NCBI GenBank assembly: GCA_964612065.1 | Contig: CAZTCD010000006.1 | Coordinates: 172 to 64,171 of the forward strand | Reading direction: 5' to 3' | Source: an uncultured Bdellovibrionales bacterium | Lineage (GTDB): Bacteria; Bdellovibrionota; UBA1018; CAIPTA01 | Length of the DNA stretch: 64,000 nucleotides | Part shown: piece by piece, positions 27,240 through 36,827 of the stretch | Numbering within the stretch: position 1 is the stretch's first letter | Layout: every line of letters starts with the position of its first letter | Position numbers and translations under genes: made by a program | Notes under the pieces: model-generated | Seen by the model: only the letters and a program-made list of their open reading frames with translations | Databases searched by the model: none | What the model was told of the DNA's origin: nothing

Positions 27240-28502
27240 ATGAAACTGGATCCGAACAAGCGCGCCAACCATGTGATTCTCGCCACGCACTCGAGCCTCA
27301 CCTATCCCGATTCCATTCCCTTGCATTGGGGAGCCAAGGATCCTCTCGAACGGGGTCCCGTGGTGGCCACCCTCACCAATCCGCGCATGAGAAACGCGAT
27401 CGGCACCCATTCCGGTTCCTATACCGTATATCGCGCGCTCTCGATCGCGATTGGCAAATACAAGCCTTCTCACCGCCCGGATTTGCACAACACCCATAGC
27501 CCAGCCAAGATCGGCCCTTATGAGCAGTGGTTTGATCCCACCAAGATCGTGAGCCTTGATCCCTGGGGCCTCGATCCCCAGGTGCACTTCAAACCGCTCT
27601 ATGAGAAGGGCTACGATATTCGCCCTACGATCGCCGTAACCCAGGCGCATCTCGAGATTCCGGAGATCCATGATGCCATCGCCAAAGGCCGCCTGAAAAA
27701 AGACGGTACCATCGTGCGAGACCGCGGCGATATCTGCGTGACCAAGGTGGCTCTCGATCCCGTTTGGTACCTGCCCGGCATCGCCACCAAGCTCAAGGTG
27801 GACGAGGGATCCCTCCGCCGCCTGCTGTTCCAGGAAACGGGCGGCATGTATCCGGAGCTGATCACCCGTCCCGATCTCAAAGTGTGGCTGCCGCCGATCG
27901 GATCCTCCACGGCCTATATCTTCGGCAACCCGGAGGATCTGGCGAAGCCCTCGGTGGAGCTCACCTGCCGAGTGCACGATGAGTGCAACGGCTCCGATGT
28001 ATTCGGTTCCGATATCTGCACCTGCCGCCCTTATCTCATGTATGGGATCGAAGACGCCGCCCGCACGGCCCAGGAAGGGGGCGTGGGCATTATCGTTTAT
28101 TACCGCAAAGAAGGCCGCGCTCTGGGTGAGGTTACGAAATTCCTCGTATACAACGCCCGCAAGCGGCAGGAAGGCGGGGATTCGGCTGAAACATACTTCA
28201 AGCGAACCGAATGCGTGGCCGGCGTGGAAGACGCGCGCTTCCAGGAGTTCATGCCCGATGTGCTGCACTTTTTAGGCATAAAAAAAATCCACAACCTGCA
28301 CTCGATGAGCAATATGAAATACGATGCCATCGTATCTGGTGGGATCGAGGTGGAAAACCGCATCTCGATACCTGATGAGCTCATCCCCACGGATGCCCAC
28401 GTGGAGATGGAGGCGAAAAAGGCCGCCGGATATTTCAATACCGAGAAGCCCAAGAGCCGCGAAGAGCTCAAGAAGGTAAAGGGGAGAAAGATCGATGAGT
28501 AG
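27240..28502 (+). CDS. GTP cyclohydrolase II-like protein with about 230-aa non-RibB N-terminal extension (URC1-like)
   Basis: CRVHDECNGSDVFGSDICTCRPY reproduces the RibA zinc site C-x10-C-x-C. The N-terminus lacks DHBP-synthase motifs. Confidence 0.65.
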   Translation: MKLDPNKRANHVILATHSSLTYPDSIPLHWGAKDPLERGPVVATLTNPRMRNAIGTHSGSYTVYRALSIAIGKYKPSHRPDLHNTHSPAKIGPYEQWFDPTKIVSLDPWGLDPQVHFKPLYEKGYDIRPTIAVTQAHLEIPEIHDAIAKGRLKKDGTIVRDRGDICVTKVALDPVWYLPGIATKLKVDEGSLRRLLFQETGGMYPELITRPDLKVWLPPIGSSTAYIFGNPEDLAKPSVELTCRVHDECNGSDVFGSDICTCRPYLMYGIEDAARTAQEGGVGIIVYYRKEGRALGEVTKFLVYNARKRQEGGDSAETYFKRTECVAGVEDARFQEFMPDVLHFLGIKKIHNLHSMSNMKYDAIVSGGIEVENRISIPDELIPTDAHVEMEAKKAAGYFNTEKPKSREELKKVKGRKIDE

Positions 28503-29757
28503 CCCCAAAGGGAATGTGGAAGTGGCGCTCACCGTGCCGCAGGTGGAATATCTTCTTTCTCCCCGCGCCATCCGCGAGCAAGCCAAAGCGATCTTCGATC
28601 GCTGCCAGGGCGCGCCTGATAGCGAAGTAAAGGGCCCGCGAAAAGGCCTCTTCGTTTACCATCCCGAGAAGCTCGAACCCACGGTGCAGTACGTGCTTGC
28701 CGTGATCCGCGAAAAGTACCCTGATCTGAATATCCCTTTTCATTCCCGCTGGAGTCATTTCCAGGTGGGGGGCGTGGATCGATTGAAGGAGCTGCAGGAA
28801 AAGCTCAAAGGCCAGGATCCCTTCGAGGTTGCCCGCTCCAAGATCGATCTTGTGATCCCGAGTGTGCTCCTGGATGCGGGAGCCGGCGCCGCCTGGAAAT
28901 ACCGCGATGGCGGCCAGATGTTATTTCGCTCTGAGGGCCTGGCAGTTGCCTCCTTCCGCCTTTTCATGGCCGGTTGCATGAGCGATGATCGCCGTTCCCT
29001 GCGCACGGACGCCAAGGGGCTTCAGCATATGCCCATGGGCGATCTCATGGATCACTTCCAGGCTTCCGACCGCAATCCCCTGGCCGGCCTAGAGGGCCGC
29101 TATCTACTGTTGAAAAATCTGGCCTCCGCCCTGAAGAATACCGAGGTTTTTCCGGCCGAACGCCCGGGCTCGATCTTCGATTGCTTGCGCAAGCGCCATG
29201 GTACCAGCGTGCCGGCTTTAGGTATCCTGAAGGCCGTGCTGGAGGGCCTCGGCCCGATCTGGCCGGGCCGCCTTGTTTGCAAGGGAATCAACCTCGGAGA
29301 CGTTTGGCGGCATTCTACCCTGAATCCTCTCGATCTCGCGAAATCCCTGGTGCCCTTCCACAAGCTTTCCCAGTGGCTCACCTATTCTCTCATCGAGCCG
29401 ATCCAGGAAGCGGGGGTGCCGGTGACCGGAGTGGAAGAGCTCACGGGCTTGGCCGAGTACCGCAATGGCGGCCTGATTCTCGATTCTGGTCTGATTTCCC
29501 TCAAGGATCCCAGCGATCTGCAGCGCGAATGGAAACCCGATAGCGATCTCATCATCGAGTGGAGGGCTCTCACCATTCATCTGCTCGATCTGATCGGCGC
29601 GGAAGTGCAGAAGGCTCTCGGAAAAAGCCCGGCGGAATTTCCGCTCGCCAAAGTTCTCGAGGGCGGCACCTGGTGGGCAGGGCGCAAGATCGCCCAGGAA
29701 AAAAGGCCCGATGGCGGCCCTCCTTTCAAAATCATCAGCGACGGGACGGTATTCTAA
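28495..29757 (+). CDS. DUF1688-like protein (URC4-like)
   Basis: 420 aa and translationally coupled to both neighbours. Assigned from size and context rather than a strong motif. Confidence 0.4.
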   Translation: MSSPKGNVEVALTVPQVEYLLSPRAIREQAKAIFDRCQGAPDSEVKGPRKGLFVYHPEKLEPTVQYVLAVIREKYPDLNIPFHSRWSHFQVGGVDRLKELQEKLKGQDPFEVARSKIDLVIPSVLLDAGAGAAWKYRDGGQMLFRSEGLAVASFRLFMAGCMSDDRRSLRTDAKGLQHMPMGDLMDHFQASDRNPLAGLEGRYLLLKNLASALKNTEVFPAERPGSIFDCLRKRHGTSVPALGILKAVLEGLGPIWPGRLVCKGINLGDVWRHSTLNPLDLAKSLVPFHKLSQWLTYSLIEPIQEAGVPVTGVEELTGLAEYRNGGLILDSGLISLKDPSDLQREWKPDSDLIIEWRALTIHLLDLIGAEVQKALGKSPAEFPLAKVLEGGTWWAGRKIAQEKRPDGGPPFKIISDGTVF

Positions 29758-30392
29758 TGAGCTCCGGAAAAATCACGATCATCGATCATCCCCTTCTGCG
29801 CCACAAGCTCGGCTATCTGCGGGACAAGAACACCCCGAGCGCCGGCTTCCGCGATCTGGTGAAGGAGATCTCGCGCTCCTTGGCCTACGAGGCCATGCGG
29901 GATTGGAAGGAAGTGAGCCGGGTGCGCATCGAAACCCCGATGGCGCAGGCGGAAGTGGAGCGCATCCAGAATCCACCCGTGATTGTAAGCGTGATGCGGG
30001 CTGGGAACGGGATGCTGGACCCCGTGCTTTCCATGATCCCTTTTGCGAGCGCGGGTTTCATCGGCATCTACCGCGACAAATTCATCCACGATACGGTGGA
30101 GTATTATTTCAAGATGCCCGCTGATACCAAGGGCCGTCTCGCCATCCTTTGTGATCCGCTCATAGCCACTGCTGATACCATGCTGGCCGCCATCGATCGT
30201 CTCAAGAGCTATGAAGTGAAGAGGATCAAGGTTCTGTGCATTCTGATCTCCCGGTTCGCGGTGCAGAGGATCCACCATTTCCATCCGGATGTGGAGATCC
30301 TCGCTCTGAACGTGGAAGAGGAAGTGAACGATCAGGGCTACCTCGTGCCCGGTCTGGGGGATGCTGGTGACCGGCTTTATCAGACCAAGTAG
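29757..30392 (+). CDS. upp: uracil phosphoribosyltransferase
   Basis: IIDHPL...YLRD N-terminus and the PRPP motif ILCDPLIATADT. The start overlaps the previous stop (TAATG). Confidence 0.85.
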   Translation: MSSGKITIIDHPLLRHKLGYLRDKNTPSAGFRDLVKEISRSLAYEAMRDWKEVSRVRIETPMAQAEVERIQNPPVIVSVMRAGNGMLDPVLSMIPFASAGFIGIYRDKFIHDTVEYYFKMPADTKGRLAILCDPLIATADTMLAAIDRLKSYEVKRIKVLCILISRFAVQRIHHFHPDVEILALNVEEEVNDQGYLVPGLGDAGDRLYQTK

Positions 30393-30404
30393 AACGAAAG
30401 GGAG

Positions 30405-31040
30405 GTGGGAGAGATGAGCAGCCGTCCTTTCGTGCTGGGTGTGGCTGGTGGATCCGGCTCAGGAAAAACGTTCTTCGCCAGGGCGCTCCGCCAGGCTTTG
30501 GGTGCCGAGCTTTGCGAGATTATCTACCAGGACAATTTTTACATCGATCAGAGCGCCAGATTCGATGGAGACGGCGGTTCCGTAAACTTCGATCATCCCG
30601 ACAGCATCGACTTTCCCATGCTGGCGTCTTGCCTGGCGCGGCTGAAAGAGGGAAATCCCTGTGAGATCCCCGTTTACGATTTTGTCACCCATACCCGGGC
30701 TCCCGAAACCTTGCGGGTGGAGCCGCGATCCATCCTGATCGTGGATGGCATCCTGATCTTTCACTCACCCGAGGTGCGGGCGGTTTTCGATGAATTGGTG
30801 TTTTTCGATACTCCTGAAGAGATCCGCTTTCAGAGGCGCATGGAGCGCGACGTGAAAGAGCGCGGGAGGAAGCCCGAGGGAGTGAAAAACCAGTTTCTCC
30901 ACCAGGTGAAGCCCATGCACGATCTGTTCGTGGAGCCCTCCAAGGCGCATGCCACGAAGGTAGTCACCGATCGCGGCGAGTTTTCCGCCGTGCTGAAGGA
31001 CTATGTGCAGAAGCTTGGCGGCTCCGGCGGGAACGGCTAG
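30405..31040 (+). CDS. udk: uridine kinase
   Basis: VLGVAGGSGSGKTFFA P-loop and Udk-family length. An alternative ATG lies at 30414. Confidence 0.85.
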   Translation: MGEMSSRPFVLGVAGGSGSGKTFFARALRQALGAELCEIIYQDNFYIDQSARFDGDGGSVNFDHPDSIDFPMLASCLARLKEGNPCEIPVYDFVTHTRAPETLRVEPRSILIVDGILIFHSPEVRAVFDELVFFDTPEEIRFQRRMERDVKERGRKPEGVKNQFLHQVKPMHDLFVEPSKAHATKVVTDRGEFSAVLKDYVQKLGGSGGNG

Positions 31041-31588
31041 TTACACTCCAGCACGAGAGGCGTATTGATCAGGAAGCGGCCGATCAGATTGCCTTCCGCA
31101 TTGAAGTATTCATAAAGGCCGGGCGTGCCGAACTTATTGCCTTTATCGAGCTCGATGGATCGGGCCGAGGCCACTGCAAGGAGGTTCATGGAAGCGGGAG
31201 CTTCGCCCGAGCTTTCGCGGATCAGCAGGAATACGATGCCGAGCTTCGCCATTCCCATAGGATCGTTTGAGGGAACGAGCTCGCTTTCCATCACCTGATT
31301 GGTGCACTTCATGCGGGGGCTGAAGATTTCTCCCGGGGTGGCTTTATCGCTGAGGGAGTTGCAGGCCCGCCACTTCGCTGCAAGGGCAGGAATGTCTTCG
31401 AGGGATCCGGTATGCGTGGCTAAAAATGGAGCGCGATAGCCGTTCCGGAGGATGTACTGCTCTTTGTAGTGAATAAAAGTTTCGCTCACGATCGTTTTGC
31501 CGTCGGGAGCTATTTCGGTAGTTTTGCAGGTGGCGGTGTCGGCGGCCAAGGCCTGAAGTGAGAGGATGAGGGAGAGAAGGAGCTGCAT
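31037..31588 (-). CDS. hypothetical secreted protein
   Basis: Signal peptide MQLLLSLILSLQALAA and no recognisable domain. Confidence 0.35.
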   Translation of the reverse strand: MQLLLSLILSLQALAADTATCKTTEIAPDGKTIVSETFIHYKEQYILRNGYRAPFLATHTGSLEDIPALAAKWRACNSLSDKATPGEIFSPRMKCTNQVMESELVPSNDPMGMAKLGIVFLLIRESSGEAPASMNLLAVASARSIELDKGNKFGTPGLYEYFNAEGNLIGRFLINTPLVLECN

Positions 31589-31773
31589 TTGGGGCCTCCG
31601 AGGGGGAGATTACAGGGGTGGGGCAATTTACAGCTTGTGATCGCTGAATGCAACATTCTGTAAACCGAGACATTCCACAGGGATACAGTGTTTCCGCCCG
31701 CAGGGCTGAACGGCCCGGGAACCGGGTTCCCACGCTGAAACGCACGGGCACTGCGCTTGCGATTACAGGGAGC

Positions 31774-32475
31774 ATGAACAAATCACATTACTTTCTGTCC
31801 TCTGTGACGGTCTATGAAGGCGATAAACTCAAGGTGGCCCTGCACCGGGCGCTGGTATCAAGAAACGGTGTGTATAAGGTATTCGAGGAGAGTGAGGAGA
31901 TCCGCCGCACTTTCCTGGAGGGCCGGATCTTCAGGGTGCGTCTCGACGGGTTGGAATACAGCGCCCGCCTGGTGCGGGAGAGTGGTCCCGCCAGCACTCA
32001 CTATAATCTGAATTTATTTGATGCCGGTGAGGGAAGAGGAGATCGAATCCAGGCTCTGCTGGGCAAGTTCGGCTTCGAAAGCCCCTGGCGGAGAGGGTTC
32101 GCCCGGATTCCCATAAGCAATGTATTCGCTCAAACCGAGGTGCCCGTGGGAGCCGTGCTCGAACGCTTTTCAGGAACGGCAACGGCCGAAGTGAGGAATT
32201 TCTCCTATCACGGGCTTTGCCTGGAACTGAGCTGTGCCAGCCATTCCGTGGGAGAAACCGTGGGCCAGAGAGTGCGCTTCAAGCTGATGACCAGCCGGGG
32301 CACGGTGCTGGAAGCATGCACAGGGAAGGTGGCCAGGATTTATGATGAAGTTGTGTCTCCTGGAAAAGTGAAACGGAGCCTGGGGATACGGCTGGTGGAA
32401 ATGAGCGATACGGCCCGGAAGGCCTATTACGGAATGATTCTCGATGCCTGCAGGGAGCTGAAGGGAGGCTTTTGA
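31774..32475 (+). CDS. possible PilZ-domain protein
   Basis: RRGFARI (RxxxR-like) and NFSYHGLCLE (D/NxSxxG-like) motifs are present. This is a weak call. Confidence 0.3.
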   Translation: MNKSHYFLSSVTVYEGDKLKVALHRALVSRNGVYKVFEESEEIRRTFLEGRIFRVRLDGLEYSARLVRESGPASTHYNLNLFDAGEGRGDRIQALLGKFGFESPWRRGFARIPISNVFAQTEVPVGAVLERFSGTATAEVRNFSYHGLCLELSCASHSVGETVGQRVRFKLMTSRGTVLEACTGKVARIYDEVVSPGKVKRSLGIRLVEMSDTARKAYYGMILDACRELKGGF

Positions 32476-32550
32476 TTCAGGAGGATCGCTGGGCGAAGGA
32501 ATGCCCATTTATTCTTGATTAAATAGGTTCACTATTGTAAAACCCTGCCC

Positions 32551-33048
32551 ATGCGCACTCCTGTGATCCTCGCATTTCTAGCTTTTACTTTCCTGGCTCC
32601 TTCCGCGCCAGCCACTGCCGCCGGCGGCATCGTGCTTCGGGATCCCCACTTCTACGATATCCTCCAGAAGAACTCCCGCATGCGCTGCCTGCAGATGCGC
32701 GATAATCGCTTCGGTTTTCTCGTAGAGCGTGGCGACAGTGACGAGATCCATGTGCACGTAATCACCGATGGAAAAGTGGAAGGCGAGCAGAGCGCCTGGG
32801 TAGGAAACATCCTGGAGGACGATCACACCGGCACCAAGATTGGCCGCTATGAGCGCGAAGGAAAATACGGCCACCGCGTGATTTTTGTGATCGGAAAGCG
32901 CCGCTCTTACGAAAATCACTATCAGCTCCCCGGTATGCTCATGCAGATCACCGAACTTTGGTCGAAAGACGAGAAGGGTGAGGACAAAAAAGACACCTAT
33001 CTCGACGGTACCTTCCGCTTGGCCTGCGAAGCGCCCCTTCCTCGATAA
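32551..33048 (+). CDS. hypothetical secreted protein
   Basis: Signal peptide MRTPVILAFLAFTFLAPSAPATAAG. Confidence 0.35.
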   Translation: MRTPVILAFLAFTFLAPSAPATAAGGIVLRDPHFYDILQKNSRMRCLQMRDNRFGFLVERGDSDEIHVHVITDGKVEGEQSAWVGNILEDDHTGTKIGRYEREGKYGHRVIFVIGKRRSYENHYQLPGMLMQITELWSKDEKGEDKKDTYLDGTFRLACEAPLPR

Positions 33049-33103
33049 AATTCGTCTATAAACTGGCATCACCCGCGGCCTCCGTGATAGGCAGAGCCCG
33101 CCC

Positions 33104-34516
33104 ATGCCTTCCAGAATCCTTTTCTTCATTGCTTTGCTCACGGCCCTGCTCACCTTCGCGGGTTGCGCCAGCGGTTTGCGGGAAACCCGGAGGGAGCCCC
33201 TACGCCGTTCCGAACGAACCGTGGTGCTCTTCCTCGTGGACGGTTTTTCCGTGCAGGCCCTGCAATCGGCCTTGAATCGCGGCCTGATGCCGAACCTCCG
33301 CCGGCATTTTCTCCGGGGAAAGAAAACTTTCTCGCTGGGCCAGGCCGCCTTTCCCACGCAAACCTACCCCAATCTCGCCAGCATCCTCACCACGAGCCCG
33401 ATCGGTGAGCAGCCCGTGGTGGCTAATCACGTGGTGCTGCCAAACGGCAAGCTCGCCGATTACGAGAACGCGAAGGAGCACGACGCTCTCCGTGCCTTGG
33501 TGGAGCCCCTGAGCGTTTTTGCCCGCCTGGAAGCCGAAGGCCGTGAGAGCGCCAGTTTTTCTTATGTGCTCGGGAAGAGCGCTTCCCACCATATGCGAGT
33601 GGGAATCAACGAGGGCCTCGAATACGAAAGGCACGACTATCGGGGCCTCGACGGGCGCCTGCTCGCGGAAATGGGGGATCTGCTGCAATCCCGCGTTTCC
33701 CGTGAGTGGCCGGATTTTATCTATGTGCACCTGGTGGGCGTGGACGCTCTGGCTCATCGGTTCGGCCCGCTCTCTCCAGAATCTCTCGATTACCTCCGCT
33801 GGCTGGACCGGCAGTTGGCTCCGGTATTCTCCCGGCTCCGAAAGGGAGAGAGGGGCCGCAAGGTGGTATCGCTCCTCACCTCCGACCATGGAATGGAGCA
33901 AACCCGCCGTTTTGTGAGCCTGCGGAAGAAAATGATAGGTGCTGATCTCGATCTGGTGGTTACGAACGAAAGCCGTTTCCTGGGCCTTTATCTCACCGAC
34001 CGTAAGAAGGCCGATCGATTGGGCGAAGCCCTGAAATTGGCGAGAGACACTTCCGGCGTGGAGCTCACCGCCTGGAGGCGCGCTGGCGTGCTTGAGGTGG
34101 AAGGGCGGGGAAAGCTATTCCGCTTTGCGCTGGGGCCGGCTGCCTGCGGATTGCCTTTTTCTCTCTCGCTCGAAGGCGGGCCTTTTCGATGTGCCTCTTC
34201 CTTTGATGACGGGCAGGGTACGTATCCCTTTCTCGTTTCGCAGCTGGCCCGTTACTTCGGTGCCGCCGGCAGTGCCGATGCACTCGTGATCGCGAAGCCT
34301 GGCGTTTCTTTCAGCAGAGGAGCCGCAGGAAATCACGGTGGCCCTACGGCGGCCGAAAGCCTGGTGCCCGTACTGATGAGAAACGCCTCCAGCACCGTGG
34401 CCGGTCCGGTGCCTACCTCGGAGCTGTTGAAAGTTCTGGGCCAGCGTCAGGCGTTCCGGCCCACGATCGAAAACATGAAGAGAAATCCCACCGATCGGCA
34501 GGCCAGGGCGCAGTAG
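33104..34516 (+). CDS. lipoprotein of the nucleotide pyrophosphatase/phosphodiesterase (alkaline-phosphatase superfamily) family
   Basis: Lipobox LLTFAGCAS. VVLFLVDGFS and FPTQTYPNLASILTT are the ENPP metal-site motifs. Confidence 0.6.
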   Translation: MPSRILFFIALLTALLTFAGCASGLRETRREPLRRSERTVVLFLVDGFSVQALQSALNRGLMPNLRRHFLRGKKTFSLGQAAFPTQTYPNLASILTTSPIGEQPVVANHVVLPNGKLADYENAKEHDALRALVEPLSVFARLEAEGRESASFSYVLGKSASHHMRVGINEGLEYERHDYRGLDGRLLAEMGDLLQSRVSREWPDFIYVHLVGVDALAHRFGPLSPESLDYLRWLDRQLAPVFSRLRKGERGRKVVSLLTSDHGMEQTRRFVSLRKKMIGADLDLVVTNESRFLGLYLTDRKKADRLGEALKLARDTSGVELTAWRRAGVLEVEGRGKLFRFALGPAACGLPFSLSLEGGPFRCASSFDDGQGTYPFLVSQLARYFGAAGSADALVIAKPGVSFSRGAAGNHGGPTAAESLVPVLMRNASSTVAGPVPTSELLKVLGQRQAFRPTIENMKRNPTDRQARAQ

Positions 34517-34842
34517 CCCAGGCGCAGATGCCATTTTCGAAAATGGGCGGGGGCGGCCGGATTCCGCCATCTCAGTAAACCCAGGGCGAATACGGGAACA
34601 TAAAAGAGTACGGCGAGTGTGGAGGCGCCCACGTGGATTTGTTGCCAGGTGGTTAGCCCGTTTGCCAAAGCTGTGCCTACAGCGTCCCGGCCGAATTCCA
34701 GGAGGAGCACTATGATGAGGTCTAGCCCCATGCCTCCACACATCAAACCCACGTGAAGATCGCGCCGGCTGCGCCGCACGAAAAAGCCGAGGAGCAGAAG
34801 AAGAAAGGCGAAGGAGGCGAACCAAGGGTAAGGGGACTGCAT
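34447..34842 (-). CDS. small multi-TM membrane protein (hypothetical)
   Basis: 131 aa with about 4 TM helices. It overlaps the convergent 33104..34516 gene by 70 bp. Confidence 0.3.
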   Translation of the reverse strand: MQSPYPWFASFAFLLLLLGFFVRRSRRDLHVGLMCGGMGLDLIIVLLLEFGRDAVGTALANGLTTWQQIHVGASTLAVLFYVPVFALGLLRWRNPAAPAHFRKWHLRLGYCALACRSVGFLFMFSIVGRNA

Positions 34843-34939
34843 GAGTGCGAGAGTATGGAGGCCGAATTATTAAGTCAAGATAGAGGAAAGATAGCAGCCC
34901 TATTGTCCTTTCCTCGGCAAACCCGGTTATGATGGAGGC

Positions 34940-35737
34940 GTGAGTGCCTCAATGGAAATCCGCGAGTTCTACGATACACTCTTTGCCTGGCTTTCCGCCT
35001 GCTTGTCCAAGGAGGAGCAGGGATTCATTCTCGGAATCAATGGCCCTCAGGGCTGCGGAAAAACCACGCTCACCAAAGCACTTTGCGAAAGGTTCGCTGA
35101 AAGTGGCAAAAGAGCCCTTTCCATTTCCATCGATGATTTTTACCTGACCAGGGCGGAACAGCTGAAGCTGGCCCAGGATCATGCGCAGAATCCCTATCTG
35201 CAGCAGCGCGGATACCCCGGCACGCATGATGTCGAGCTGGGGGCGCGCACCCTTCGGTCGCTGAAGCATGGAGGTATGAAAGTAAGCGTACCTCGTTACG
35301 ATAAGTCCCTGCATGCCGGGCAGGGCGATCGCCTGCCGGAGAGCGAGTGGACACAAATAGACGGTTCAGTGGATGTGATTCTCTTGGAAGGCTGGATGCT
35401 GGGGTTCAGCCCCGTTGCGGAAGAGCAGTTGCCCGGCGGCCATTTCACCGATGTGAATCGCCTGCTCCTGCCCTACCGGAGCTGGCACCGGCAATTGGAC
35501 GGCTTTCTGCAGCTCGCGCCTGAAGACTATCGCTTCGTGCTCGATTGGCGAGTGGAGGCCGAGCAAAAAATGCGAGCTCAGGGGAAGCCCGGAATGAGCG
35601 ATTCGGAGATTCGCGCCTATGTGGAAAAATTTCTTCCGGCTTATGAAACTTATCTGCCACAGCTGGAGAAAAATCCGCCCTTGATCCGCAACAGGCGTCG
35701 GATCGTGATCGGGCGGAATCGCCTGCCGGTGGGCTAG
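34940..35737 (+). CDS. P-loop kinase of the D-glycerate-3-kinase (GLYK)/uridine-kinase-like fold
   Basis: ILGINGPQGCGKTTL P-loop and a DVILLEGW Walker-B-like motif. Confidence 0.4.
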   Translation: MSASMEIREFYDTLFAWLSACLSKEEQGFILGINGPQGCGKTTLTKALCERFAESGKRALSISIDDFYLTRAEQLKLAQDHAQNPYLQQRGYPGTHDVELGARTLRSLKHGGMKVSVPRYDKSLHAGQGDRLPESEWTQIDGSVDVILLEGWMLGFSPVAEEQLPGGHFTDVNRLLLPYRSWHRQLDGFLQLAPEDYRFVLDWRVEAEQKMRAQGKPGMSDSEIRAYVEKFLPAYETYLPQLEKNPPLIRNRRRIVIGRNRLPVG

Positions 35738-36441
35738 AACTTCGCCGTAAGAGCCGTGGTGAAAACAGTATCCGCTTCCTTGGCCGTGGCCACCGGAGGC
35801 TGGTTGTTGTAGCGGAGCAAGAGGGCCGATTTCACCGAGAAAACGGAGTTCATAGCCGCGCTCAGGGAGAGCTCGGAGTTCAACAGCCAGGCTCGGGTTT
35901 CGGTAAAGTTCGGGATGTATTCGATCCAGAGCTTGGAGGAAACGGTTTCATTGAAATACTTCTCCGCTTCCGTATACAGACGGGCCTTATGGAAGCTTTC
36001 GTTCGTGCCTTTGGTGGTATGCTCGCTGGTGAAGCGATAACCAAGTTCCGCGAACCAGATAAAGTCTTTCTCGGTTTTATAAAAGAAGTGCTTGGCGCCC
36101 ACGTCAGTGTTGTAGCGCTGCAGGATGCCTGCGAACTTATCCCCCTCCACCGATTGCTGGAGGAATACGCTGAGCTTTTCCGAGAGTTCCCGCTCATAGC
36201 GGAGGGCGAGGATCCAGCTCTCTGCGCTCTGCACGCCCTGGCTGGTGGCATATAGCCAGTTGCCGGAGAAGATATAGTTGTTCTTGTCCTGCGTAAGAAT
36301 CGATTTGTTTTTGACCGAGTACGACCGGGTTTGGGTGTTACCGTTGGTCACCACGAGGCCCGCTTCGCTCTCATTTTTAAGCTCGGCGGCCTGAGCGGAG
36401 AAAACTGCCAGGAACAGGGGGAGAATCAGGAGTCTTTTCAT
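35734..36441 (-). CDS. DUF481-like outer-membrane beta-barrel protein
   Basis: Signal peptide, alternating beta-strand pattern and a C-terminal aromatic residue (F). Confidence 0.5.
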   Translation of the reverse strand: MKRLLILPLFLAVFSAQAAELKNESEAGLVVTNGNTQTRSYSVKNKSILTQDKNNYIFSGNWLYATSQGVQSAESWILALRYERELSEKLSVFLQQSVEGDKFAGILQRYNTDVGAKHFFYKTEKDFIWFAELGYRFTSEHTTKGTNESFHKARLYTEAEKYFNETVSSKLWIEYIPNFTETRAWLLNSELSLSAAMNSVFSVKSALLLRYNNQPPVATAKEADTVFTTALTAKF

Positions 36442-36737
36442 TTTTTGGCCACCGTTTCTTCTTTCAGAACCATTTTCGCAAACAGGAACACGATCACGGC
36501 CACGATCAGGAAATCAATCAGGGAGCCGATCACTTTGCCGTAGAGGATGCCACCAGCGCTGAGCTTGCGGATGTCTTCCACGTTGGCAGCCCTGAGTGCC
36601 GGCTGGAACAGGAGCGGCATCAAAAGATCGTTCACCACGGAAGAAACCAACTCGTTCATCTTGCCGCCGATGATCACCGCGATCGCCAGCCCGATCACTC
36701 CATAGTTCTTCAGAAACGCTACAAACTCTTTCAGCAT
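36438..36737 (-). CDS. mscL: large-conductance mechanosensitive channel
   Basis: MLKEFVAFLKNYGVIGLAIAVIIGGKMNELVSSVVNDLLMPLL is the MscL TM1 signature. It is the true 3' part of a 701-aa artefactual antisense ORF in the track. Confidence 0.8.
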   Translation of the reverse strand: MLKEFVAFLKNYGVIGLAIAVIIGGKMNELVSSVVNDLLMPLLFQPALRAANVEDIRKLSAGGILYGKVIGSLIDFLIVAVIVFLFAKMVLKEETVAKK

Positions 36738-36827
36738 GAGATCCCCTAGTCGGATTTGAAATACGATCCCGGAGTACCATATTGCGCAACTGGTCATGCA
36801 AGGGCTTTTGTTATAGAAAAGGCATCC

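Noticed and set aside
25986-28268. 760-aa minus-strand ORF spanning mmsA and the GCHII-like gene
   Set aside because: It is antisense to two well-supported plus-strand genes. It has no motifs and an Arg/Ala/Gly-rich composition typical of spurious high-GC antisense frames.
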